This document shows positions 55,357-64,000 of a stretch of 64,000 nt of DNA, in pieces. The translations under genes and the position numbers were made by a program. The notes under the pieces are model-generated. The model worked only from the letters and a program-made list of their open reading frames with translations, had not been told where the DNA came from and made no database searches. The DNA is taken from positions 21,670 through 85,669 of the forward strand of contig PERI01000006.1 of the NCBI GenBank assembly GCA_002928515.1. Direction: 5' to 3'. Position 1 is the stretch's first letter, and every line of letters begins with the position of its first letter. Source of the DNA: Hyphomicrobium sp. (GTDB lineage: Bacteria > Pseudomonadota > Alphaproteobacteria > Rhizobiales > Hyphomicrobiaceae).

Positions 55357-56520
55357 TTAGTCTTCGACGCGCACAAAATGCCAAACAGTGTTTTTGTAGA
55401 GGATCTTGGAATCCTCCAGTTGCTTGAGATCACACCGGTCTTTGAGATCGGCGCCAGCTAGAACGACGTGTCCAGAGCGGTGCGCTTCCGCAAGCATGCC
55501 CTTGAAAGCAACTTCGGTGAGCTCCCAGTCCGGGCGCGTGTGCCGAATCGCTTGCCATACCAAAGAGATAAACGCCTTCCGGTTGCCTGGCCAGCCCTCG
55601 GATATCGGGCGTGCCGCATCTACAACAGCGCCAGCGAATTCAGTCATGTCGGGCGTCTGTGAGACGCGCTTGTTATTGAGCGTCTCGTCGGAAATGGCGT
55701 GCTGATCGTTATCGGGGCGCGGCGCAGGCTTGCGTGGATCTGTTTTGGCGCGAAGCGCTACCGGTTCAGGTGCCAGGGCGGCAACCTGGGGTGCCTGCGA
55801 GGTCAAGCGCCGAATGAGGGCGATCTTGAGTGCGTCGAGGCTGCTGTCGGTGGCCCCCGTCACTTCGCAGGCCAACCCGACGATGAGTTTGCCATCGGTC
55901 GAGACTTCACGTGGCGATTTGAAGAGTTGGCCAGCTAGCAAACGCCCAGCTTTGGCAGGTAGCCCGGAGCCTTTGCCAAGACCAGTTTTGATCTTGTTTC
56001 CGAACGCGCGTTCGAGCGCCAGGATCGCAAGTTCGGCGCGCAGATCGGTCGGCGACAAGAGCCGTTTCGGCAAGATTGCGAAGTGCTGTTGCAACACGAG
56101 ACAGCTTAGCCCTTCGAGGCGATCCAATGCTTTTGCAATTTGGCCTGTGACGTTTGTCAGCCCTAGAGAACGCGCCACAAGAGCGTTGCAGACATTGCTC
56201 CAACCGCCTTTGAATGTCGTCGATCGATCGATCAGACGTTCCGCTTCGGTCACTCCAGAGGCTGTCGCGAGCAACCGACTTTTGCTGTCGGTGATCAGGT
56301 TGGCATCGACAAAGCCACCTATGGCACGTTCGGCTGCTTGCCGGAATGCCGTGCCAGATGACGATTTAGGGCCCGTGAGTTTTGCGAGGTCTCTTTGTAG
56401 CTCAGCCCGTGTCGCGCCATCTGCTGCGATCCTGAGCAAAACCAAATCAGCGATCGACAAGCTCGCGGTACCAAGTGTGGGCTCCGTGCCGCGTCGGGCA
56501 CGACTCATTGCCGCCGTCAT
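55357..56520 (-). CDS. Hypothetical protein with predicted winged-helix domains, partner of the dual ATPase
   Basis: N-terminal helix-helix-wing pattern (LVLLRI...TRAELQRDL...FVDANLI...LLATASG); C-terminal FISLVWQAI...FKGMLAEAHRSGHVVLAGADL...TVWHFVRVE. Ends 17 bp before the ATPase start. Start ambiguous (56652/56520/56508). Confidence 0.7.
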   Translation of the reverse strand: MTAAMSRARRGTEPTLGTASLSIADLVLLRIAADGATRAELQRDLAKLTGPKSSSGTAFRQAAERAIGGFVDANLITDSKSRLLATASGVTEAERLIDRSTTFKGGWSNVCNALVARSLGLTNVTGQIAKALDRLEGLSCLVLQQHFAILPKRLLSPTDLRAELAILALERAFGNKIKTGLGKGSGLPAKAGRLLAGQLFKSPREVSTDGKLIVGLACEVTGATDSSLDALKIALIRRLTSQAPQVAALAPEPVALRAKTDPRKPAPRPDNDQHAISDETLNNKRVSQTPDMTEFAGAVVDAARPISEGWPGNRKAFISLVWQAIRHTRPDWELTEVAFKGMLAEAHRSGHVVLAGADLKDRCDLKQLEDSKILYKNTVWHFVRVED

Positions 56521-56805
56521 GTCGTGGCTTTGGTCATTGTTGGCACCTCGCCCTAGCGAATCAGTATGATCTCGCGGCTGGAGTGTCTGGTATTCGCGGC
56601 TGCGTTCCAAGGGGCGGAGACGCAAAATTCGCGTTTGCGGCCGTACGGTCAAAATAGCGACATGTTGTTGAGACGAATGTATATTTGGGTGGGTATTGGT
56701 TGGGACAGATGCACGGCAAAATTGAGCATTATCAACGCTACAGCTTGCGGGTAGGCGCAGGTGCGCGCGCCCACACTGCGGAATATTGCGGCTGGCGCAT
56801 TAGCG

Positions 56806-56821
56806 TTAACGGCGGGTTAAC
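56806..56821. promoter_or_regulatory. CtrA-binding box (TTAA-N7-TTAAC, perfect on both strands)
   Basis: gTTAAcggcgggTTAAC, in the divergent promoter region between the wHTH-ATPase pair and the CAP gene. Confidence 0.65.
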
Positions 56822-56875
56822 GGATTTGCGCCACTGTTCAATTCATCCGCACGTCGTGTTCCGAGGGTCATAGTC

Positions 56876-57529
56876 ATGTATCGCGTCATCCTCATTGCTG
56901 CTGTTGCATCCGGATTGGCAGGGTGCAGTTTAGGGTCCGCTTCGCTTTCGTCTGGCATTCCCGACAGCGTGTCGACCTCTGCCATCTCGAAAAAATCATC
57001 CAACAGTGTCGGTCTTGGCGGCGATCCTTCCGCTCGGCGCGGAACGCAGTTGGCAAAACTCGATGACAAAGCTCCGGCCGGTACCTTTGAGCGTGCACCG
57101 AATGGCATCCTTTCCGATCGGGATTACTCGCGCACGCAGCTCGACGCGGAGATGGCGCGTGATCTCGTCAATTCCTATCGTAAAGAAAAGGGCCTGAAGC
57201 CGTTGCGCTTGAGTCCGGAATTGACCGAAGCTGCGAAACTCCATTCGCGCGACCTTTCCAAATGGGATCGCATTTCCCACTACGGCTCTGATGGATCCAA
57301 CCCTTGGGATCGCGTGAAACGCACGGGCTATAAAGCACGCCTTGCTGCAGAAAACGTCGGAACCGGGCAAATCGATTTCAATGAAGTCATGCGCGGGTGG
57401 AAAGATAGCCCTGGCCACAACAAGAATTTGCTCATGGCGGATGCGGACCACATGGGTATCGCGCTCGTGCAGGATCCAAAAACAGAATTCAAATCGTTCT
57501 GGACGCTCGTTATCGGCGCGCCGATGTAA
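56876..57529 (+). CDS. CAP (SCP/YkwD) domain lipoprotein
   Basis: Lipobox LAGC; NSYRKEKGLKPL, AAKLHSRD, SHYGSDGS, AENVG, WKDSPGHNKNLL, WTLVIG. Confidence 0.9.
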   Translation: MYRVILIAAVASGLAGCSLGSASLSSGIPDSVSTSAISKKSSNSVGLGGDPSARRGTQLAKLDDKAPAGTFERAPNGILSDRDYSRTQLDAEMARDLVNSYRKEKGLKPLRLSPELTEAAKLHSRDLSKWDRISHYGSDGSNPWDRVKRTGYKARLAAENVGTGQIDFNEVMRGWKDSPGHNKNLLMADADHMGIALVQDPKTEFKSFWTLVIGAPM

Positions 57530-57557
57530 GTGGGTCTTCGTAGAATTCGATATTTAG

Positions 57558-57590
57558 AAGGCCGAATTTTCTTCGGCCTTTTTTATTTTT
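57558..57590 (+). terminator. Intrinsic terminator after the CAP gene
   Basis: aaggccgaa-ttttc-ttcggcctt followed by TTTTATTTTT. Confidence 0.85.
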
Positions 57591-57602
57591 GTGTCGATCT
57601 CG

Positions 57603-59045
57603 TCAGCCTCTGGCTATGGGTAAGTTATGCCAAATCGCAATTCGGATGCCGAGACGTTGCCACACCACAATATAGTTCAATAGCGCGACCGCTATGAGCG
57701 AGAGCGATGTTGCGCAAGCGGCGCCGACCAGACCCCACTTCGGCACCAATGCGAAGTTGAGGGCTAGGTTCAGCACAGCAGCGGCTGATAAGACTTTCGC
57801 GCACAGCACTTGTTGGCCCAACATGTTGAGCAGATGTTCGGCTGGTCCCATGGCAGACCGAAACAGAAATCCGACAATCAAAATCCACATCACCGGATAG
57901 CCGGACGTAAACTGAGGTCCGAACAGCGACAGGATTGGTTTGCTGAATGACAGAATGACAATTGCGCCTGCAAGGGACGGCCAGAAGGTCCAGTTCACCG
58001 CGTCTTTGAAGACATTTCTGAGGCCTTCGTGATCGCCTCGCGCGTGCAATGCTGAAAAGCGATGCGCCACAGCACTGCCGACCGCATAGTGCACGAACAT
58101 AATCAAGGCCATCGTTTTGGCGGCTGCGAAATAAATGCCGACATCTGTTGGCGTGAGAAAGCGGGAAATAACGAGTATGTCTGTGTTCTGTAGCAGTAAT
58201 TCGCAGGCGATAATCAGCAGAAATGGCAGCGAGGTTTTCAGCCATGCTGTGAAATCGTAAGCGCGAGGACCCGCGGGAATTTCAGAGCGCAAATTCGCGT
58301 TGACCAGATAGGTTTGCACAAAGCCAGCGCACCATGTCGCTAAGACGGCTGCCCCGGCAGCTGTCGCGGCCAGCATGTCCATGCCGTATTCGTGGGCCGC
58401 AATCATGCTTGCGAGCAACAAGAATGGCCGCAAAACGTAGGGCGGAATAAGCCCAACACTCATCCAGCCTTGACTGCGTCCGATGCCATCTTGCACTTCG
58501 GCGAGCGTGAACAAGGGTATGCAGAGCAAGCCAAGATAGATTGGCAAAATGTAGTGATCTTCGAGCCGATCTTGGATCAGCCAGGTGGCGACGAGACCGA
58601 TCATCATGGTGATCGTACCGCCTGCGACGGCCATCAAACGAACGCCGCGCATCAAGCCACGGAGATGGTTGAAATCGCCGATCTCGCGATACATGGGGGC
58701 GAGACGAATGGCAGCTAGACCTAGGCCTAGGTGCGAAATTCCGCCCAAAATTATAACCCAGGTCCAGACGAAAACATAAATACCGTACTCGTAGCCACCC
58801 ATCCAGCGTGCGAGTATAATTTGCGTCGCATATAAAATGAGGGCGCTGGTGCAGCGTACCGAAAACGCAACCATGGCATTGCGCTGAGCTCGGTCGCGTT
58901 CGGTTTGGCCGCTGATGATGTTTAATGTGCGCAGAATGAGAGGGTGTGCGTTATTTGCGCGTTCAGCCGCCATATCTGGTCTCGCGCTATTTGCGATTGA
59001 GCCAGCGTGCAACGATTGCTCAACGGGACTTGCTGACGATTTCAA
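57603..59045 (-). CDS. Polysaccharide flippase (Wzx-like, MOP superfamily)
   Basis: About 12 TM helices; LARWMGGYEYGIY, TDILVISRFL.PTDVGIYFAA, LNFALVPKWGLVGAA. Confidence 0.85.
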   Translation of the reverse strand: MKSSASPVEQSLHAGSIANSARPDMAAERANNAHPLILRTLNIISGQTERDRAQRNAMVAFSVRCTSALILYATQIILARWMGGYEYGIYVFVWTWVIILGGISHLGLGLAAIRLAPMYREIGDFNHLRGLMRGVRLMAVAGGTITMMIGLVATWLIQDRLEDHYILPIYLGLLCIPLFTLAEVQDGIGRSQGWMSVGLIPPYVLRPFLLLASMIAAHEYGMDMLAATAAGAAVLATWCAGFVQTYLVNANLRSEIPAGPRAYDFTAWLKTSLPFLLIIACELLLQNTDILVISRFLTPTDVGIYFAAAKTMALIMFVHYAVGSAVAHRFSALHARGDHEGLRNVFKDAVNWTFWPSLAGAIVILSFSKPILSLFGPQFTSGYPVMWILIVGFLFRSAMGPAEHLLNMLGQQVLCAKVLSAAAVLNLALNFALVPKWGLVGAACATSLSLIAVALLNYIVVWQRLGIRIAIWHNLPIARG

Positions 59046-59062
59046 AGTGGAAACTTTCGGAG

Positions 59063-59299
59063 TTATCTGCGCTCTATCCGCTCACGTTCGCGGTTGCGGA
59101 CCAATTCGGCAACTCCGCTCCAGGCCCAGGCGCGTCCGGCATCGCCCTTTTCGCCATGATAGGCTGCAAAAAAATCGGCGACCCCGGCCGCATGAATGCC
59201 GTGACGTCCTTCCAAGACTTCCGCCATAAAACACACGTCGCGCGGCGTCGGTGTGGTATCCGGCTGTGTGTCCCAATCTACAAATCGCGGCGCAGTCAT
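59063..59299 (-). CDS. Small hypothetical protein
   Basis: 78-aa ORF co-oriented 17 bp upstream of the flippase; protein-like helical content (MAEVLEGRHG...GDAGRAWAWSGVAE). Confidence 0.55.
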   Translation of the reverse strand: MTAPRFVDWDTQPDTTPTPRDVCFMAEVLEGRHGIHAAGVADFFAAYHGEKGDAGRAWAWSGVAELVRNRERERIERR

Positions 59300-59465
59300 C
59301 TTTAGGTCGACCCCAAGTGATATGAAAATTCTTTAAAACCCTAACAGCAAGATTGACGCCAGTGCGGGGGTGCTGCGTTGATGGCAAAAGGTGTTAGAGT
59401 TAATTTGTTCGATATGGTGCATGCGCGTTTCGTATTGTCAGCAAACGGCTGGAGTTAAAATTGTG

Positions 59466-59780
59466 ATGTTCGCGCCAACTGTCCGATACGCACTACTCTT
59501 TGCAGCGTGCATTTTTGCGGGCGTTGGTAATACCGGCACTGCTTTGGCCGCGCAAAAGTCTAGCGCACTTAACTTTGTGCAAAATGGATTTTCAGATCCA
59601 AACGCGCCAGATGCGTCGCCTGAAGGTGACGGCGGTGGACGTCCCGAACTGCGTCAAGGAGAGCCTGGATTAGATCAACCGTCCGAAGACGGGACATTCA
59701 ATCGCCTACCCAATCAACCATCAGACGATGACCCGCCAGGATGTTTACTGCGCGAGCGTCAGCTTGAATTGATCGTTTGA
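59466..59780 (+). CDS. Small secreted acidic/Pro-rich hypothetical protein
   Basis: Signal-peptide-like N-terminus ending TALAA, disordered acidic middle, C-terminal PPGCLLRERQLELIV. Confidence 0.5.
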   Translation: MFAPTVRYALLFAACIFAGVGNTGTALAAQKSSALNFVQNGFSDPNAPDASPEGDGGGRPELRQGEPGLDQPSEDGTFNRLPNQPSDDDPPGCLLRERQLELIV

Positions 59781-59811
59781 TCGAAATCAATCGATACACC
59801 ACGCTTTGGAA

Positions 59812-60840
59812 CTATGGTTGTGTGGATGGCTTGAGTGCGGGTTTAGTTTCACTGCCAGATGCGTTTTGAGAAGCAGCTTTTTCCGTTGCAGCTTTCGCTT
59901 TTTTCTTCTTTCTTGCGCCTGCACTGCTTCGTTTCTTGCGACCGCCACAGTCCCACGAGATGATCGTTTCTCGCACAGTCTTGAGCCCTTTGGCCGCAGG
60001 GTCGATCGGCAAGTTGTCAATGTTGGATGGATTGAAAAGATCTTTCCAACCGTAATTCACGAAACCATGTTCGAGCAAGCTGGCGGCGCGTATTGCACGC
60101 TCATTGCCTGAACTTTCTCCTAGGACAACGGCCATCAATTGTCGGCCATCTCGACTGGCGCTGGCCACGACGTTGAAGCCTGAATCGCAGGTGAAGCCGG
60201 TTTTTAAGCCATCGGCTCCAGGATATGTCCTGAGCAGTGCGTTGTGACTACCAAGACGTCGTTTGCCCAAACGCATATCCGTCATCGCCCAGTAGTGCGC
60301 ATATTGTCCGAATTCTGCAACGACCGCGCGCGATAATTTTGCCAGATCGCGTGCGGTGGTGACTTGCGATGGATCCGGCAATCCATTTGTGTTTGCAAAA
60401 TAGGTACGCGTCATGCCGAGACGCGCTGCCGTTTCATTCATTTTACGGATGAATGCCGTTTCGCTACCGGCAACAGCTTCGGCTAACATGACCGTCACAT
60501 CGTTGGCTGACTTGATGATGATCGCCTGCAGCGCTTGATCGATTGTGAGTTCGCCACCAACCGGCAATCCAACTTTGCTCGGCGGTTGCAGAGTGGCTAC
60601 CAGTGAGCATTTAATTTTGTCGTCGAGTTTTATTTTGCCTTCTTTGATCGCGATGAACGTCAAATAGGCGGTCATGATTTTGGTGAGAGACGCCGGGTGC
60701 CACAGATTATCTGGCTCTTCGGCGTACAAGATCTTGCCGTTCGATGGTTCGAACAGCAATGCGGGACCCGCCAGCGCTTGTTTGCTGACGATCACGGCAC
60801 TCAAAGCGATGGCGGCGATGGCAATCGCTCTTGCTATCAT
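59812..60840 (-). CDS. D-alanyl-D-alanine carboxypeptidase (S11 family)
   Basis: HPASLTK (SxxK), KSAND (SxN), LKTGF, NTNGLP. Start moved to MIARA 60840. Confidence 0.92.
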   Translation of the reverse strand: MIARAIAIAAIALSAVIVSKQALAGPALLFEPSNGKILYAEEPDNLWHPASLTKIMTAYLTFIAIKEGKIKLDDKIKCSLVATLQPPSKVGLPVGGELTIDQALQAIIIKSANDVTVMLAEAVAGSETAFIRKMNETAARLGMTRTYFANTNGLPDPSQVTTARDLAKLSRAVVAEFGQYAHYWAMTDMRLGKRRLGSHNALLRTYPGADGLKTGFTCDSGFNVVASASRDGRQLMAVVLGESSGNERAIRAASLLEHGFVNYGWKDLFNPSNIDNLPIDPAAKGLKTVRETIISWDCGGRKKRSSAGARKKKKAKAATEKAASQNASGSETKPALKPSTQP

Positions 60841-61008
60841 CGTTTTCCCCGAATTCTTCTCGATTTTGAGATACCACATCACCACCAAATGCGGCAATCG
60901 AACGGCCTTGATATGCTGCGCAAAGCTATGGGGTGTGGCGCATGGGGCGCGCAGTTCATTGAATGGCGCTCATGTCGCGCTCAATGTTTTCGAGACTACA
61001 CTGGTCTT

Positions 61009-61094
61009 TGGTGCCTCTGGAGGGACTCGAACCCCCACACCCTTGCGAATAGCAGATTTTGAGTCTGCCGCGTCTACCGTTCCGCCACAGAGGC
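61009..61094 (-). tRNA. tRNA-Leu (CAA)
   Basis: GCCTCTG/CAGAGGC acceptor stem plus encoded ACCA, D-loop GGCGGAACGGTAGAC, anticodon arm GCAGA-CTCAAAA-TCTGC, long variable arm, GGTTCGAGTCC T-loop; 86 nt. Confidence 0.97.
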
Positions 61095-61175
61095 CACGCG
61101 CTGATTTCCAGGCGAGCGGCGATGTATAGCGTTGTTGCGCTCCGCGTCAACGCCTAGCGCACGGCAGCAATGCCG

Positions 61176-61520
61176 CTACTTAAAGGAATGTGTGACGCGG
61201 CCGGTTGCGTGGCGGTGTTCGGCGATTTCGACACGGTCTCCGATGTGCGGATTACTGCTTAATTCCTCGATCACGCTGACATGGCGGCCGTCGTCTAACT
61301 TGATGCCGACTGTAAGGGCTCTTCCGGTGCCTTGCTTTGACACGAGGGGATCAATGCGTTCGATGGTCCCTGCGACCTTGGAATGCGTGACCATCAAATC
61401 CAGGCTTTCAATACTGAATGCCAATGTAATGGCCGCAGCAAATGCAAGGCCGATGCCGGTCTTTTTCGCACGCTCGATCCAAAGCATTTGGTTGAGTTTC
61501 TTGCGAGTGTCGTGGCGCAT
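61176..61520 (-). CDS. Small single-TM hypothetical protein (paralog B)
   Basis: One TM helix then a beta-rich domain; gaplessly similar to the upstream ORF. Confidence 0.65.
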   Translation of the reverse strand: MRHDTRKKLNQMLWIERAKKTGIGLAFAAAITLAFSIESLDLMVTHSKVAGTIERIDPLVSKQGTGRALTVGIKLDDGRHVSVIEELSSNPHIGDRVEIAEHRHATGRVTHSFK

Positions 61521-61526
61521 AGTGAC

Positions 61527-61844
61527 CTACGGCTGTTGATTGAGCTGATACCAGATCTGTCCCCAGGGACTGACCATTTCTGTGAGTTCTACGTCACTAC
61601 CGAGCGAAGGCAGCTTGCTATGGCTGGTTCGCACTAAAACGTGTGTGCCGTCCACAAGCTGTGCGGTTAGTTTGAGCGGCGTTGGACTTGGGGCTTTGTA
61701 TGGATACTTCGCGCTATCGGCTTGGACGATGATAGCGCGCACGATGCCACGGGGGCGCGACCCAAAGTCATGCATCAGACCATAGGCCACGCCTGCGATC
61801 AGCAGGATGAGGAACAGCAGCACTGCCAATTTCGTGGCTTCCAT
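61527..61844 (-). CDS. Small single-TM hypothetical protein (paralog A)
   Basis: N-terminal TM helix then a beta-rich domain; starts 25 bp after the ecm stop and ends 6 bp before paralog B. Confidence 0.65.
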   Translation of the reverse strand: MEATKLAVLLFLILLIAGVAYGLMHDFGSRPRGIVRAIIVQADSAKYPYKAPSPTPLKLTAQLVDGTHVLVRTSHSKLPSLGSDVELTEMVSPWGQIWYQLNQQP

Positions 61845-61869
61845 AGACCGATCCGCATTGACCGCTCAG

Positions 61870-63879
61870 TTATGCTGCCTTTGCATGTCCGTCCACGAGG
61901 CGCACGATGTCGGCCATGATGTCGTTCAACTGGAAATCCTTGGGCGTATAGACGGCTGCCACTCCGAAGGCTTTCAGAGTTTTGGCGTCTTCTGGAGGGA
62001 TGATGCCGCCAACGATCAAGGGCACGTCCTCTATGCCTTCCTTGCGCATGCGCTCGACAACTTCTTTGACGAGCGGGACATGCGAGCCCGATAAAATGGA
62101 CAGGCCGACAACGTGGACCGCTTCATCGACAGCAGCGCGAACGATTTGCGCGGGCGTCAGCCGGATACCTTCGTAAACCACTTCCATACCGACATCTCGG
62201 GCTCTTACGGCGATTTGTTCAGCGCCATTCGAGTGACCGTCGAGACCTGGCTTGCCGACTAAGAATTTAATGCGGCGGCCTAGTTTGTTCGACACGGCTT
62301 CGACGCGTTCGCGCACAGCGCTCAATGCTTCGCCATCACGGGCGACGGCTGCCTGAGCGACGCCGGTTGGGGCGCGATACTCACCAAAGATTTTGCGCAA
62401 GGCTGTGCCCCATTCGCCAGTTGTGACGCCAGCACGGGCGGCGGCAATCGACGGCTCCATAATGTTGCGGCCTTCTTTTGCCGCGCGCTCGACTTCGGCC
62501 AAGGCTGCACTCGCGGCTTTGTTGTCGCGCTGTTCGCGCCAGGCTTTGAGGCGACCGACCTGCTCGGCTTCCATTGCCGGATCGACAACCATGATGCTGT
62601 CAGTGCCGCCTGACAGTGGTGAAGGTTCGGTTTCGAGATATTTGTTGACGCCAACGACGACGAGTTCGCCACTTTCGATCTGCGAAAGGCGCCCCGTGCC
62701 GCTCTCGACGAGCCGACGCTTCATGTAGTCGATGGCTGCGACGGCGCCGCCCATTTTTTCAATCGTGGCCAATTCGGATTTGGCCTCTTCTTTTAACGCG
62801 GCGACCTTCTTTGCAATTTCAGTCGAGCCGTCGAAGATATCGGCGTATTCGAGCAGGTCGGTTTCATACGCGAGGATTTGCTGCATGCGCAGCGACCACT
62901 GCTGATCCCAAGGGCGTGGCAGGCCGAGCGCTTCATTCCAAGCGGGCAATTGCACGGCACGCGCACGGGCATTTTTCGATAACGTCACGGCCAGCATTTC
63001 AAGCAAGATGCGATAGACATTGTTTTCTGCTTGCGGCTCGGTGAGACCAAGGGAATTGACCTGTACGCCGTAGCGGAACATGCGGTGCTTGGCGTCCGTT
63101 ACTCCATAGCGTTCGCGTGTGATTTCATCCCACAGCTCGGTAAAGGCGCGCATTTTACACATTTCAGTGATGAAACGCATGCCCGCATTGACGAAGAACG
63201 ACACACGGCCAACCACATTGCCGAATTCGTTCGCAGGGACCTCTCCTGATGCTTTGACCGTGTCGAGAACGGCGATGCCGGTGGCAAGGGCGAAGGCCAA
63301 TTCTTGCACTGGAGTCGCGCCAGCTTCCTGCAAGTGGTAGGAGCAAACGTTGGTCGGGTTCCACTTCGGCACGTTCTTGGTCGAGAACACGATCGTGTCC
63401 TTAATCAATCGCAACGACGGTTCGGGCGGAAACACATATGTCCCGCGCGACAAGTATTCCTTGATGATGTCGTTTTGGATGGTGCCGGTCAGCTTGTTGC
63501 GTGGCGCGCCAGTGTCGTCAGCCACCGCGACGTAGAGCGAGAGCAACCAAGCGGCCGTCGCATTGATGGTCATCGAGGTATTCATCTGGTCGAGCGGAAT
63601 GCCGTCGAGCAGCGTTTTCATGTCGCCGATGTGCGATACGGGTACGCCGACCTTGCCGACTTCGCCACGCGCCAGTTCGTGGTCGCTGTCGTATCCTGTC
63701 TGAGTTGGAAGATCGAAGGCGATGGACAGCCCCGTCTGCCCTTTCGACAGGTTCTTTTTGTAGAGTTCGTTGGACTTCGCGGCCGTCGAATGCCCGGCGT
63801 AGGTGCGAAACATCCACGGCTTGTCGCGCTCAACCTTGGCGGCGGACGATGTGGACGGTGCGCTCGACTTCGTGGCCAT
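61870..63879 (-). CDS. ecm: Ethylmalonyl-CoA mutase (MeaA/Ecm), B12-dependent
   Basis: KPWMFRTYAGHSTAAKSNELY..NL.KGQTGLSIAFDLPTQTGYDSDH, RYGVQVNSLGLTE, B12-binding GKPGLDGHSNGAEQIA. Confidence 0.93.
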   Translation of the reverse strand: MATKSSAPSTSSAAKVERDKPWMFRTYAGHSTAAKSNELYKKNLSKGQTGLSIAFDLPTQTGYDSDHELARGEVGKVGVPVSHIGDMKTLLDGIPLDQMNTSMTINATAAWLLSLYVAVADDTGAPRNKLTGTIQNDIIKEYLSRGTYVFPPEPSLRLIKDTIVFSTKNVPKWNPTNVCSYHLQEAGATPVQELAFALATGIAVLDTVKASGEVPANEFGNVVGRVSFFVNAGMRFITEMCKMRAFTELWDEITRERYGVTDAKHRMFRYGVQVNSLGLTEPQAENNVYRILLEMLAVTLSKNARARAVQLPAWNEALGLPRPWDQQWSLRMQQILAYETDLLEYADIFDGSTEIAKKVAALKEEAKSELATIEKMGGAVAAIDYMKRRLVESGTGRLSQIESGELVVVGVNKYLETEPSPLSGGTDSIMVVDPAMEAEQVGRLKAWREQRDNKAASAALAEVERAAKEGRNIMEPSIAAARAGVTTGEWGTALRKIFGEYRAPTGVAQAAVARDGEALSAVRERVEAVSNKLGRRIKFLVGKPGLDGHSNGAEQIAVRARDVGMEVVYEGIRLTPAQIVRAAVDEAVHVVGLSILSGSHVPLVKEVVERMRKEGIEDVPLIVGGIIPPEDAKTLKAFGVAAVYTPKDFQLNDIMADIVRLVDGHAKAA

Positions 63880-64000
63880 GGATCATTCCCGGTATGGGGC
63901 CCGATTAACGCGGGCGAGGTGGATGCGCTGTAATACCGCGCCATCGGCCCAATGCAAAATGCCAGTTCGCCGCTCTTGGGGCGGTGCGACCGGCTTGGGG

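Noticed and set aside
51974-56652. Calling the wHTH-ATPase pair BREX/Pgl, a Sir2-HerA-type system or a conjugative VirB4/VirD4 module
   Set aside because: No pglX/pglZ/pglW, nuclease, Sir2 or type IV secretion genes in the window; the HerA-like domain has no TM anchor and is fused to a second NTPase.
61009-61094. tRNA-Leu as an integration site for an island
   Set aside because: No integrase nearby and no duplicate of the tRNA 3' end was seen in the window; the flanking genes look native.
1-64000. CRISPR arrays, insertion sequences, prophage genes and rRNA
   Set aside because: No spaced direct-repeat arrays, transposase/integrase/phage motifs or rRNA sequence were recognised.

Overview
Chromosomal 64-kb segment from an alphaproteobacterium. 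A Hyphomicrobiales / Hyphomicrobiaceae-like origin is inferred from gene content and synteny: senC-regB-regA-mmcB, gcrA divergent from argD-argF-hslO, apaG-metZ with a SAM-II riboswitch divergent from dcd, dapD/dapE, tlpA-argH-lptM-lysA-TIGR02302, alpha-2-macroglobulin-pbpC, tRNA-Leu(CAA) and ethylmalonyl-CoA mutase. No integrase, transposase, prophage gene or CRISPR array was seen. The least explained part is 45.4-56.8 kb on the minus strand. It holds a winged-helix-type protein coupled to a ~1120-aa protein with two intact NTPase modules (N-terminal AAA+-like, C-terminal HerA/FtsK-like) and no nuclease partner, next to a perfect CtrA box. After a structured 730-bp spacer come a second, divergent PBP1C-like enzyme, a large membrane coiled-coil protein and a PLD-fold protein with a degenerate HKD motif, all upstream of alpha-2-macroglobulin-pbpC. 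Other points of interest are a protease-less Lon-like pseudo-ATPase with a Usp-like partner, a cuckoo-like sRNA candidate, a histone-H1-like repeat protein and a GC3-anomalous patch in argH. Family names are recognised from motifs and memory, not from database searches. Refined start codons are judgements and are noted as such.
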